From positions 10,344 to 74,343 of the forward strand of contig JAHPZJ010000027.1 of the NCBI GenBank assembly GCA_019058245.1: 64,000 nt of DNA. Direction: 5' to 3'. Positions 38,456-48,693 of this stretch are shown here, in pieces. The stretch's first letter is position 1. The number at the start of each line of letters is the position of its first letter. The DNA is from Promethearchaeota archaeon (GTDB lineage Archaea; Asgardarchaeota; Lokiarchaeia; Sigyniarchaeales; SOKP01). The position numbers and the translations under genes are program-made. The notes beneath the pieces are model-generated. The model did not search any database and was not told the DNA's origin. It saw nothing but the letters and a program-made list of their open reading frames with translations.

Positions 38456-39726
38456 TATTTTTCAACTCCCATTCTTTTTTTTCCTTTATACTTTCGTAAA
38501 CAGTATTTACATATTCCATAGAATGATAAAATCAAAAAGAACGTAGCTGCAATATTATATGGAAATAATGGATATATAAGGTACCAAACACCTACAAAAG
38601 CAAGATCAAAAAAACTAAAGAAAAATAGACTTAATTTTATTGAACCAGTTATTTCAGAGTAACGAGGCATGTTAAAAATAATTAATATTAAGATAGGTGT
38701 TAAATTAAGTAAATGGTGATCCCATGAATCAAAATAAGTTAGCAACATAATTATAATTCCAAAAGCATAACCATATATAATAGAATCCTTTTCTAATCGA
38801 TTTATTATAAAAACGATGAATCCTAATCCTCCAACTATGCTAATTACAACTAAAAATATAAAAATTTGATTAAATGGAATATTGTAAAAATAACAGAAGT
38901 TAATAATTATTTTAGTTATACTGAAAGAAAAGTTTAGAGCAATTGGATTATTACCTGTAAAATTAGTATTTAGGAATCCTTCCCATATACCAGGGACTAG
39001 CAAAAATATAATGAAATTAAATAAAACAGGTATAATAACTCCTATTATTCGAATTGCACTTTTAAAAAAGTCGAATTTTAACCTTTTATTCTCTAAATCA
39101 ATATTAAATATGATTAAAAATGGTATCAAGAAAAAAGCAGTTGGTTTAATAATAATACTTATTCCTAGAATAATGCTTCCAATCAATTGCCATTTAAAAT
39201 CTTTATATTTGAGAAAAATATAGAGAGATAATAGGATAAGAAGGGTGATATACAAGTTTATTTGACCATATATATAATTTAATACATGTGGTAGGCCCAT
39301 CAAGTAAATAGAGATATATAAAATGACTCTTTTATCGTCCTTTTCATGATCTTCATTTCTGATTAACAAAATTATTTTGAAAAGAAAAATACAAATCAGA
39401 AAGTTAAGGAATAAATTACAAATATTAAAAAATATAAATCCAACTTGAAAATTCAAAAGAGAAAATGGAATAAAAAATAATGCAGATAATGGTAGATATC
39501 TAAAATCCCATAAATAATATGTTTGATTGTAAAGATTCTCAATATCATTGAGAAATATCTTACCTACATTATAAAATATTATAAAATCATTTTTTTCTTG
39601 ATTAAAGGCAAAAAAAAGTATGATTGAAAGAATAAAATAAAAACTATGAAGTATTAAGGCATATCTAAATACTTTGTGTTCCCAAAGTTCTTTAATTCTA
39701 TGGATGCTTCTGAAAATTAAATTCAT
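38452..39726 (-). CDS. GT-C type membrane glycosyltransferase-like protein, paralogue of 36391..37686
   Basis: 424-aa polytopic protein with FRYLPLSALFFIPF and GQINLYITLLIL motifs. Confidence 0.5.
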   Translation of the reverse strand: MNLIFRSIHRIKELWEHKVFRYALILHSFYFILSIILFFAFNQEKNDFIIFYNVGKIFLNDIENLYNQTYYLWDFRYLPLSALFFIPFSLLNFQVGFIFFNICNLFLNFLICIFLFKIILLIRNEDHEKDDKRVILYISIYLMGLPHVLNYIYGQINLYITLLILLSLYIFLKYKDFKWQLIGSIILGISIIIKPTAFFLIPFLIIFNIDLENKRLKFDFFKSAIRIIGVIIPVLFNFIIFLLVPGIWEGFLNTNFTGNNPIALNFSFSITKIIINFCYFYNIPFNQIFIFLVVISIVGGLGFIVFIINRLEKDSIIYGYAFGIIIMLLTYFDSWDHHLLNLTPILILIIFNMPRYSEITGSIKLSLFFFSFFDLAFVGVWYLIYPLFPYNIAATFFLILSFYGICKYCLRKYKGKKRMGVEKY

Positions 39727-39874
39727 TGAGCTATTTTCAAATATTTATTTTTATTTTAAATTGTTAAATTAAATTACTTTAATTATAAATTAAAATATTT
39801 AATATTTTATATTAAAAAGCTCTTTCAATATATCTTGGTTATAAAAATAGTTTTCATAATAAAGGAAAGTATCC

Positions 39875-40969
39875 TCATTTTTTTCTATTTATCGAGAATT
39901 CTTTCTGAAAAAAACCTGATTCAATAATTTTCTTTTTCTTTTCACTGAAATCTGAAAGGATTTCAAATGGATAATAAATATTTTTTTCTTCTTGATATTT
40001 TAATATCCTTTTTCTAGTTAAATATATCGAGTATTTGGAAATATCACACCCTATCCATCTCCTCTTTAATTTTTCAGCTATTAATAATGTCGTACCAGAA
40101 CCACAAAAAAAATCAGCAACTAAGTCTCCTTCATTGGAGCCTATTTTAATGATTCTTTCAAGTAATTTATGATGTTTTTGAGTAGGAAAACCAGTATATT
40201 CTTTTGAAGCAGGTTGTAAACAAGGAATTTTCCACACGTCATCCATCTTTTTGTCTGTAACAATTCTGTAGATTACATGTCCATTCTCATCTTTCGCATT
40301 TTTTAAAACACCATTTACCATCTTTCTTTTTAATTGTTTTTGAGGTTTTTTTCGAGCTATTCTAATTTGATTAAAAGTATAGTTATTAGATTTTGAATAT
40401 ACTAAAATTGTATCATAAGCTCTTGGTAGGTTTTTTTTTCCAGCAGAATATTTGTTATAATAATACCAAATAATATTATTGATAAATCTATTCTTACCAA
40501 AAATATCATCTAATATTAATCGAATATAGTGATTCGCATGCCAGTCTGAATGGATAAAAATTAAACCCGTTTTTGATAAAATTTTCTTGAATAAAATTAT
40601 TCTATCATACAGCATTTGTAAATAAGAATCTAAATCTCTATCCCAATGGTCATAATATGCAATAGAATCATAATGATTATCTTTTTCTTTTATTTTAATG
40701 TGGTAATTAGTACCAGAGAAGAAAGGGGGATCAATGTAAATTAAATCTATTTTTTCTTTGAAATTGTTTAATAAATAATATAAAACCTTTAAGTTGTCTC
40801 CCCAAAAAATCTTATTTATCCAGATTTTAGAGCGGTTAAAATTCTCTCTATTTTCATTAAAATTAGCTCTATGATATTCAAAATATTTAAAAAAATCAGG
40901 ATGAAATTCTTTTTGCTCTCCTAATTTAAAATTATTAACTTTTTTATTTTCCCAAATTAATTTTACCAT
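39875..40969 (-). CDS. DNA methyltransferase (beta-class N6-adenine/N4-cytosine)
   Basis: Motif IV DLIYIDPPF lies N-terminal to motif I DFFCGSGTT. No endonuclease is recognisable nearby. Confidence 0.8.
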   Translation of the reverse strand: MVKLIWENKKVNNFKLGEQKEFHPDFFKYFEYHRANFNENRENFNRSKIWINKIFWGDNLKVLYYLLNNFKEKIDLIYIDPPFFSGTNYHIKIKEKDNHYDSIAYYDHWDRDLDSYLQMLYDRIILFKKILSKTGLIFIHSDWHANHYIRLILDDIFGKNRFINNIIWYYYNKYSAGKKNLPRAYDTILVYSKSNNYTFNQIRIARKKPQKQLKRKMVNGVLKNAKDENGHVIYRIVTDKKMDDVWKIPCLQPASKEYTGFPTQKHHKLLERIIKIGSNEGDLVADFFCGSGTTLLIAEKLKRRWIGCDISKYSIYLTRKRILKYQEEKNIYYPFEILSDFSEKKKKIIESGFFQKEFSINRKK

Positions 40970-41003
40970 TCTTATAATAAAAAGAAGTTATCTTATTAAT
41001 CTC

Positions 41004-41732
41004 CTATTTGTTTTGTTCTAAGAGATTATCAAATTCTCTATCTGAAAGAAATCCTTTATGGATCATAATCTCTTTTACTTTTTCAATAAGTTGAGGTGCT
41101 ACTTTAGCTTCTGCGATTGTTTCCTCAAGTGAAGCAATATTTTGCTTTAGATCTTTAATTTCTTTTTCTTTAGTTTCTCGTTCCTCTTTTAGACTTTCAG
41201 TTTCTACATATTTATCTGAAACTGATTTTTGTAATTCCTTTTTAATACTCTCAATCTCATTTTCTCGTTGTATCAGATCTGCTTTAATATCTTCATTTTC
41301 TTTTTCTAATTTAGATTTAGTTTTATTTTCCTCCTTTTCTAAAACTTCAATCTTTATATTAGCCTCTTTTAATTTATTTTCCAATTCTTCAACTTTAGAA
41401 TTAGTTTCAGTTACTTTCTTTTCTAAATCCACTTTTGACGATTTCAATTTATTAATTTCAGCATCACCATAAAGCTTCTCTTCTTTTGCTCTTTCATAAT
41501 TTTTATTTATCTCCATAAATTTATTATTTAATTCTTCAAGTTTTTTACTTGTTTCAGTTAAATCTTCTTTAGTCCTCTTAAACTCACTTGAAATTTTTTC
41601 TAAATCTTTTGTTTTTTGAGTTAATTGCTTTTCTAAACTATTAATCTTTGCTCTAAGATCTAGCAAAATTTTGCCCTCAATAGCAAGCTTCTTTTCTGGT
41701 TTTTCTTCTGCTTTTGCCCAATCAATTGAAAT
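41004..41732 (-). CDS. coiled-coil protein, paralogue of 41888..42616 (start extended to a conserved ATT; ORF-track TTG start is at 41666)
   Basis: Heptad-rich Glu/Lys sequence with a C-terminal KGFLSDREFDNLLE motif. The 22 codons upstream of the TTG are conserved at protein level with the paralogue. Confidence 0.5.
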   Translation of the reverse strand: MSIDWAKAEEKPEKKLAIEGKILLDLRAKINSLEKQLTQKTKDLEKISSEFKRTKEDLTETSKKLEELNNKFMEINKNYERAKEEKLYGDAEINKLKSSKVDLEKKVTETNSKVEELENKLKEANIKIEVLEKEENKTKSKLEKENEDIKADLIQRENEIESIKKELQKSVSDKYVETESLKEERETKEKEIKDLKQNIASLEETIAEAKVAPQLIEKVKEIMIHKGFLSDREFDNLLEQNK

Positions 41733-41887
41733 TTCTCTTCCACCTTTACAATTTTTTGATAATTTTTATTTTTTTGATAATTGTAATTTTGTATTATAAT
41801 ATATTTGTTTACTTAAAATTGATTATATATAAGATATACATCACAATATTTAATATAAATTTGAGAAAATGAAGTATAAATAATTTT

Positions 41888-42616
41888 TTAATCTTCAATT
41901 TCTTCTAATAATGGTTCAAGCTCTTTATCAGATAAAAATCCTTTTATCTCTAATATATTTTTAATTTTAGTTATTATTTTTGATGCATTTATGATTTTTG
42001 ATACTTTAATTTTATAATCTTGCAGTTTTTGAATCTGCTCTTCCATATTTTTTTTTTCCAAATTTAATTTTGTTTTTAGATTTTCAATATCTTTGTTTTT
42101 ATTATCTATCTCACTCTTAAATTCTTGAATTTGTTTATCCTTGCTTAGAAGCTCTTTTGTTTTATTTAATATCTCTTCTTCCTTAATTTGAATTTCTCTA
42201 TCCTTATTTAGGATTTTTTGTTCGTGATTAGTTGAACTTTCTACCAGGTAATTTAATTGATCCTCAAGATTTGAAACTTTTGCTAACGTATCAGTAAATT
42301 TCTCATTCAAATTTGACTTTTCCTCTTTCAATTTAGCAAATTTGATATCTAAGAGTAGCTTTTCTTCCTTGACTTGGTCCAAAGATTTTCTAGCAGAAGA
42401 TCTTCTTTCCGTTAGTTCTGTCAGACTAATTTCTCGACCACTTAATTTTTCTTTAGTTATTTTTAATTCATTTTGAGTTTTTTCTAGTTTTTTTTTATTT
42501 TTCTCCAATTCTATCTCTAATTCCTTTATGTTCGCTCTGAGTTCTAGTAAAAATTTTCCTTCAATGGAGAATTTCTTTTCCGGTTTTTCCTCAGCTTTAA
42601 CCCAGTCGATTGAAAT
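41888..42616 (-). CDS. coiled-coil protein, paralogue of 41004..41732 (start extended to a conserved ATT; ORF-track TTG start is at 42508)
   Basis: Same architecture, with a C-terminal KGFLSDKELEPLLE motif. Conserved ISIDWVKAEEKPEKK lies upstream of the called start. Confidence 0.5.
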   Translation of the reverse strand: MSIDWVKAEEKPEKKFSIEGKFLLELRANIKELEIELEKNKKKLEKTQNELKITKEKLSGREISLTELTERRSSARKSLDQVKEEKLLLDIKFAKLKEEKSNLNEKFTDTLAKVSNLEDQLNYLVESSTNHEQKILNKDREIQIKEEEILNKTKELLSKDKQIQEFKSEIDNKNKDIENLKTKLNLEKKNMEEQIQKLQDYKIKVSKIINASKIITKIKNILEIKGFLSDKELEPLLEEIED

Positions 42617-42742
42617 TTTTATATCACCTTTTAAACCTAATTTTTGAGAATATTTAAACTATCTATAATCTTTTATAAAAAACAATTTTTTTAATTTAAA
42701 AAAATTGAATCATTTAAAGAATAGTGTTTAATCTTAAATTTA

Positions 42743-43543
42743 ATGGTTAAAATAACGTTTGGGACTGCTGGCTTTTTCTATCAAGACTGGATAGGTTCAT
42801 TTTATCCTAAAAGATTAGACAATTCACAATTTTTAAGATATTTATCAAAATACTTCAATATTGTCGAAATTAATTCAACATTTTATAATTTACCATCTGC
42901 AGAAATGTTAATTAACTGGTATAATCTTGTGCCAGAAAGATTTCGTTTTATAATCAAAATATGGCAAAAAATAACTCATAATCTTAATGATCCCGAAATT
43001 GATTATAGAATCAATGAATTTTTCAGTAGATTAAGCCTTTTAAAGGGAAAAATTTTTGGTTTCCTTTTACAATTTCCTCCCTGGTTTAAATATACTCCCA
43101 CTCACTTTAATCAATTAATATCTTTAATCAAAAATGTTCCACCTCAATATAAATACATAATCGAATTAAGACATAATTCTTGGTTTGATAAGGATTATCT
43201 ACTTGAAATTATTGATGGTCATAATATAATACTTGGAACTACATACATGCCAGAAATTTTGCCCTACTATATGCAAAATCAAAAATTCTATTATATTAGG
43301 TTGATAGGAGATAGAACTCTTACAAAATTTAATCGAATTCAAAGAAGCCAAAAAGATAGTTATAAAGACTTGTTCAAGAATATTCAAAACATATTAAAAG
43401 ATAAAAATATATATGAAATATTTATCATTGTCAATAACCACTTCCAAGGACATGCTCCTGAGTCAATTAATTTAATACAACAAAAGCTTGGTTTATCTTA
43501 TCATAATTTTAATAACCAAAAGAATATATTTGACTTCATCTAA
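42743..43543 (+). CDS. DUF72 family protein
   Basis: 266 aa with FGTAGFFYQDWIGSFYP and INSTFYNLP motifs. Confidence 0.8.
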   Translation: MVKITFGTAGFFYQDWIGSFYPKRLDNSQFLRYLSKYFNIVEINSTFYNLPSAEMLINWYNLVPERFRFIIKIWQKITHNLNDPEIDYRINEFFSRLSLLKGKIFGFLLQFPPWFKYTPTHFNQLISLIKNVPPQYKYIIELRHNSWFDKDYLLEIIDGHNIILGTTYMPEILPYYMQNQKFYYIRLIGDRTLTKFNRIQRSQKDSYKDLFKNIQNILKDKNIYEIFIIVNNHFQGHAPESINLIQQKLGLSYHNFNNQKNIFDFI

Positions 43544-43610
43544 TAATATTCTTTTAATTCTTAATCTTGAATAAGAAACCTTTAAATATATTTGATTTAA
43601 CTATTTTTTT

Positions 43611-44873
43611 ATGGAATTTATTGATAATTTAAAGAAATTAGGTAAGGACTGGAGATTATTAGTCATAGTAATTTGGATGCTAGTCGGAATTGCTTTAATT
43701 CCCATTCGCGATCCTCCTATTGTTTCTTTAATCGGTATAATAATATATTTCCCTTTTTTAGTTTTTTTGATGTATTTATTTTTACTTTCACTGGTTTCTA
43801 AGAAAAACATATTTGAATACCCCACTTGGAAAATAATATTACTTTTAGTATTATCATTACCGATTATGTTGCTAATTTCAATAATACTAATAGCATTATT
43901 TTTAATTTCAGTTATAACTTATTTCTTTTTTACATCTTGGTTTATTTTATATGGGTGTTTTTTAACAGGGAAGAGTGTCGACAATCAGTTATCTAAGACT
44001 CCCAAAGCAAAACCATTTATAAGAACACTTATTTTTATTGGAGGTTTAGGTGGATCTCTAGCGTTATTATATTTTTTTCAAATTATACCTACAATAATAG
44101 ATCTCTCGGTAATAACGGACATCTCTATTGATTTTCCCTGGTATTTAGATGGTGTTTTTATACTTATTGGAGCAATATTAGTTGGATTCGGGATTACTGT
44201 TATCATTTACAAATTTAAAAAGGTTTTTAATGGCTGGTTTGGAATATTTGCACTCCTAGTTACATTTTATACATTATTTCTCGCACTTAAGATCCATCTT
44301 TATGGTGCTGAAACAGAACCTAAAGGATATGAAGATATTTGGGCGTATTTTACATTAATAATTCCAGATATGATTATTATCTTTTATTCTTTGAGCATGC
44401 TTATGGGATCTCAAGCAGAATTATTAAGCAAGAGACTTAAAAGATTTGGACTTGATACCGTGATAATCTGGTTAATATTATCAAAAGTTACTTATGAATT
44501 TATACATTATTTTCCATATGATGAATTAAGTATTTTTAAGATTCCTTTAATTCAATGGTTTGCTGAGAATATAGATAATGATTTTATTAACTATATTAAG
44601 AATATTGCAGTTTTGGCCTTTTTTGTATTATTATTGATTATTATAGGAATCTATGAAATTCGAAAATATTCTATAGAACAATTAAATCTATCAAAATTAC
44701 CTGAAGACGAAATTAAAGAAACTTTACCTTTACTACCTACTACTGAAGACCAGACTTCTCCTTATGAAGAATCTGATCAAATTTCAGAGGAGCGTAAAAT
44801 AAGTGAGAATAATGAAACATTAAGTAATGCTAGAGAAGACTCTGAAAATGACTATACTGATGAAATTGGATAA
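43611..44873 (+). CDS. polytopic membrane protein with acidic C-terminal tail
   Basis: 420-aa hydrophobic ORF; no family recognised. Confidence 0.55.
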   Translation: MEFIDNLKKLGKDWRLLVIVIWMLVGIALIPIRDPPIVSLIGIIIYFPFLVFLMYLFLLSLVSKKNIFEYPTWKIILLLVLSLPIMLLISIILIALFLISVITYFFFTSWFILYGCFLTGKSVDNQLSKTPKAKPFIRTLIFIGGLGGSLALLYFFQIIPTIIDLSVITDISIDFPWYLDGVFILIGAILVGFGITVIIYKFKKVFNGWFGIFALLVTFYTLFLALKIHLYGAETEPKGYEDIWAYFTLIIPDMIIIFYSLSMLMGSQAELLSKRLKRFGLDTVIIWLILSKVTYEFIHYFPYDELSIFKIPLIQWFAENIDNDFINYIKNIAVLAFFVLLLIIIGIYEIRKYSIEQLNLSKLPEDEIKETLPLLPTTEDQTSPYEESDQISEERKISENNETLSNAREDSENDYTDEIG

Positions 44874-45030
44874 ATTTTTTTAAACTATAAGTTATTTTTT
44901 ATTTCTAAAAGTTCTTTTTTCCTTTATATCGCTAATTCAGAATAAATCAAAAATCTCTCATAGATTAATAGTTTAATAAATAGTTTTATTAAAGACTAAT
45001 TCAAAAATTATCATACGTAATCTATAATCC

Positions 45031-45558
45031 GTGTTTGATATGAGTGATTTTGAAACTAATTCTGAGGAAATCTTTCTTAAGAAATTTGAAAAGTTAGCTT
45101 TAAATATTGAAAAATTGACAGATGAAATTTCAAATATGAAGAGAAAATTAGATAAGAATTATAAAATTAATAGAACTTTCGGTTTAAAATCTGTCAGAAA
45201 TTCTGAACCCTTAAATTTTGCAAGAGATGTCATGGGAATTGGAAGTCCTACTAAAAGATATCTTCTCTCATTGAGAGCAATAACTGAAGAATGGAAAGGG
45301 AGAAAGAATGACATTCTGATTACAATTAGACAGCAAGAGAAAGAAACTCATATGGATTTGAAAGCTCTTGGGATTAGAATTTCAATAAGTGATGTTAAAA
45401 ATATTCGTGTCTTATCGAAACAAATTCTCTCATTATTGTATATCTCATGTGAATTACAGGGACTCGCCATTAACGAGATTTTAAGAGAAATCCTAACAGA
45501 AATAAATGAAGAAGGAACAAAAATGCTTCAAGAAATTAGACAAAAAATGTTATTTTAA
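45031..45558 (+). CDS. hypothetical protein
   Basis: 175-aa ORF with a GTG start; no motif. Confidence 0.45.
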   Translation: MFDMSDFETNSEEIFLKKFEKLALNIEKLTDEISNMKRKLDKNYKINRTFGLKSVRNSEPLNFARDVMGIGSPTKRYLLSLRAITEEWKGRKNDILITIRQQEKETHMDLKALGIRISISDVKNIRVLSKQILSLLYISCELQGLAINEILREILTEINEEGTKMLQEIRQKMLF

Positions 45559-45781
45559 GATTTCCTCAAATCATACAGAGATTAATCCTCTCCTCTCTGA
45601 GAAAACTTAGTAATTATATTTACATTTTACTTAAAAAGGTTCGTGAAACAAGAATTTCACGATCAAAAATTAGCAACTCTATTATTATTGTATCTTTAAA
45701 AAGCATAAATATTATATTTTGTTCAAATCAAGGATTATTCATTAGAATTTAAATAAAATAAAAAAAAAGAGGGAGTATAAT

Positions 45782-46579
45782 ATGGAATATAAAGAAATTA
45801 TTTTTCAAAAAAAGAATAGAATTGCCTCTATAACCATTAATCGACCTCAGCGATATAATGCTTGCAATCTCCGCACTGTTTATGAGTTAATCGATGCATT
45901 CGACCAATGCTGGGATAATGAAATTGGTGTTATTATTTTTACTGGAATAGGAGAAAAAGCCTTTTGTACTGGTGGAGATCAAACAACACGCGAGAAGGGT
46001 GGGTATGAGGGGGAATTACTATTACCACTTGAAGTTGGTTGGCAACGTGTAACAAATTTAATCCGTACCTTACCTAAACCTGTTATTGCTCGAGTTAATG
46101 GTTATGCGATTGGCGGTGGTCATGTTTGGCATGTAAATTGTGATCTCAGTATTGCAGCTGAGCATGCACAATTTGGACAAGCAGGACCACGTGTGGGGTC
46201 ATTTGATCCAGGATATGGAACGGGAGATTTAATGCGTGCAGTAGGGATAAAACGTGCAAAAGAGATTTGGTATTTATGTCGCCGTTATACAGCACACCAA
46301 GCTTTACAAATGGGGCTTGTGAATTCTGTTGTTCCTTATGAAAAATTAGATGAAGAAATAGATCAATGGTGTCAAGAATTATTGGAAAAAAGTCCTATAG
46401 CTTTAAAAATGTTAAAATATGCCTTTTTAGCTGAAACTGATGGAGTAACAGGTATTACTCAACTGGGTGTTGGCGGGCTTTCTCTATATTATGGTACTGA
46501 TGAAGCTGTAGAAGGAAAGAATGCTTTTATAGAAAAACGAAAAGCCGATTTTAATCAATTTAGAAAGAAACAGTCATAA
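45782..46579 (+). CDS. MenB-family crotonase (1,4-dihydroxy-2-naphthoyl-CoA synthase / BadI-like)
   Basis: 265 aa with ITINRPQRYNA, AFCTGGDQTTREKGGY, GYAIGGGHVWHVNCDL and FGQAGPRVGSFD. It is visibly more G+C-rich than its surroundings. Confidence 0.8.
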   Translation: MEYKEIIFQKKNRIASITINRPQRYNACNLRTVYELIDAFDQCWDNEIGVIIFTGIGEKAFCTGGDQTTREKGGYEGELLLPLEVGWQRVTNLIRTLPKPVIARVNGYAIGGGHVWHVNCDLSIAAEHAQFGQAGPRVGSFDPGYGTGDLMRAVGIKRAKEIWYLCRRYTAHQALQMGLVNSVVPYEKLDEEIDQWCQELLEKSPIALKMLKYAFLAETDGVTGITQLGVGGLSLYYGTDEAVEGKNAFIEKRKADFNQFRKKQS

Positions 46580-46586
46580 TTGAGAA

Positions 46587-48335
46587 TTATTTCTCTATTA
46601 GGATAAGCTTATTTTCATCCAATATAATTTTATTCTTATTTAAGGGACTAAGGTTATAAGTATTTTTCATTGTATTAACAATTAGATTTCCAATAAACCT
46701 AAGCTTAAGTGTATTAAATAAATCATTAATCATTTGTAGATCTTGGGGAATTGAGACTCCAAAAAAGGGATTTAAAAATAAGTATATACTTGCACAAATT
46801 ATCATCCCTATGATCAAACTTATCGTACCATCAAATGGAAAGATTAATAGAATGAAGAATAAAATCAATAAATTAGGAATCAATCTATATAATTGAAAGT
46901 TATATTTAATTTCTAATTTTTTTTTGAGTTGAAATAAAATATAAGGTAATAAAAAAAGTGAAGAAATAATCATAACAATCCCTATTCCTAGTATCTTAAA
47001 AAGGAAAATAAAAAACGGAGTAGTTGCAATTATTATTAATAAAGTTATTCCAAAACCTTTAGCAGCTACGTCGGCATTTCCCGAGCCTATTAGAGCATTT
47101 CCAAATAATGTTGCATATCCATAGATAAATTGCCCTGAAATAATAAGAATGAATAAAGTTTGAGCCATATTGAATTGATCTTTATTAAAAACCCCATTTT
47201 CTATAAAAAAGCCTCTATGTAAGTAAAATAATATTTCCCCAGAAAGAGCAATCATTGCAGTCATAAAACCTAATGCTAAAATACTCGAGATTCGTGTAGA
47301 AGCATTTATAGACTCCTCTATGGTCTCATGATTATCTTTTACATTTGCTTCAGCTATTTCAATATTTAATGGAGCAGAATAATAAAGAATTACCGATTTT
47401 ACAGCACCATAAGTTAACAAAACAGTCAATAAACTCAAACCAAATCCTTGTGTTGAAGGATCGGTAAAAACTGCTAGGTAGATTGCAGCAAAAAAAAATA
47501 AAATATCTTCAAAAAATCTAGAGTTTTGAATATTCGTTATCATAGAATACACCGAATTTTTCATATAATCCCATATTTGATGTTTTTTAATCAAATTTCT
47601 GTATTTTGAGGGTGCTTTCTTTCTCATAGCTTGAGATGTTAGATGCGACTTCAAAATCTCAAATATAGAATAAGGTGCTAATCGTATAAAAAAATAAATT
47701 AAGAGAATTAAGGTAATTATATTGAAACATGGATAAAATGCAAATAAAGAAGGATTCAGATTAAATGATATGAAAATATATGCAAATATTAATAAAAATA
47801 TTCCATTAAATATTGATGTAAAAGCAATTATATCATATCTATTTCTAATTTCAATTCCAATTTGAAACATTAATGTACCATAAATCAAAAAAGTAGAGAA
47901 ACCAGAAGCAAAGATACATTCTCTTAATAATATATTTGTTAAAAAAAACCAAAAAATAAAAGGAATAATTATCATAATTAATCCTAATCCTAATCCAATT
48001 AATAATAATAGCTTGGAGTAAGTAGTAGCTTTCAATCGTCCAAATTCCTCATCAATAACAAATGCAGCTTTAATTTCCGCGATAAAATATCTAGAAATCC
48101 CAATTCCAATTAAACTAACAATCCCATTAATAGCTGTTGTTAATCCAAAATATTGTAACCCATCCCAACCTGTACCTAATATTACAAAAATCCAAATACA
48201 AGCTGCATTAATTAATGAAAAGAACATATTAAGAGATCCAGAAGTGACTGCTCGCGAACTACCTTCTTTTGCAAAAAAATTATGTTCTCTTATGAATTCA
48301 ATTTGGAATTTTTCTTTTTCTGGTTTTTTTTCCAT
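46587..48335 (-). CDS. polytopic membrane protein (MOP/Wzx-type flippase-like)
   Basis: 582 aa with about 14 TM segments; the assignment rests on topology only. Confidence 0.4.
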   Translation of the reverse strand: MEKKPEKEKFQIEFIREHNFFAKEGSSRAVTSGSLNMFFSLINAACIWIFVILGTGWDGLQYFGLTTAINGIVSLIGIGISRYFIAEIKAAFVIDEEFGRLKATTYSKLLLLIGLGLGLIMIIIPFIFWFFLTNILLRECIFASGFSTFLIYGTLMFQIGIEIRNRYDIIAFTSIFNGIFLLIFAYIFISFNLNPSLFAFYPCFNIITLILLIYFFIRLAPYSIFEILKSHLTSQAMRKKAPSKYRNLIKKHQIWDYMKNSVYSMITNIQNSRFFEDILFFFAAIYLAVFTDPSTQGFGLSLLTVLLTYGAVKSVILYYSAPLNIEIAEANVKDNHETIEESINASTRISSILALGFMTAMIALSGEILFYLHRGFFIENGVFNKDQFNMAQTLFILIISGQFIYGYATLFGNALIGSGNADVAAKGFGITLLIIIATTPFFIFLFKILGIGIVMIISSLFLLPYILFQLKKKLEIKYNFQLYRLIPNLLILFFILLIFPFDGTISLIIGMIICASIYLFLNPFFGVSIPQDLQMINDLFNTLKLRFIGNLIVNTMKNTYNLSPLNKNKIILDENKLILIEK

Positions 48336-48519
48336 ATATGGAGTATACTCTAAACTAATTATTGATATTGAATTAAAGGGATGTAAAAAAGTTTTAGAAA
48401 TTAAAAAACTAAAGAGTAAATCTCATATTAAAAATTTTTATTCATCGAATAATAAAACATATTTTTATGAAAGCTTTTTTAATCAGCATAATTAAAATTC
48501 AAAAATTTATATCATAAAA

Positions 48520-48693
48520 ATGAATAAAGAAGAAATCATATGTGCGAATTGTGGAGAAAATACATCCAATGAATTATATGAATGTATCGAATGTTATAAT
48601 CAAATATGTGAAGAATGTGCTAATATCTGCAAGAAATGTGGAAATTATTTATGTGATGGTTGTTATCATGAACATAAGAAGAATTGTAGATAA
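48520..48693 (+). CDS. small Cys-rich zinc-finger protein (57 aa), not in the ORF track
   Basis: MNKEEIICANCGENTSNELYECIECYNQICEECANICKKCGNYLCDGCYHEHKKNCR has five CxxC pairs. Its TAA is immediately followed by the ATG of the next gene. Confidence 0.5.
   Translation: MNKEEIICANCGENTSNELYECIECYNQICEECANICKKCGNYLCDGCYHEHKKNCR

Noticed and set aside
45651-45672. Perfect 8-bp hairpin TCGTGAAA-CAAGAA-TTTCACGA upstream of the MenB-family gene.
   Set aside because: It is probably a simple terminator or attenuator-type hairpin after 45031..45558. It is a single copy with no further conserved context to interpret.
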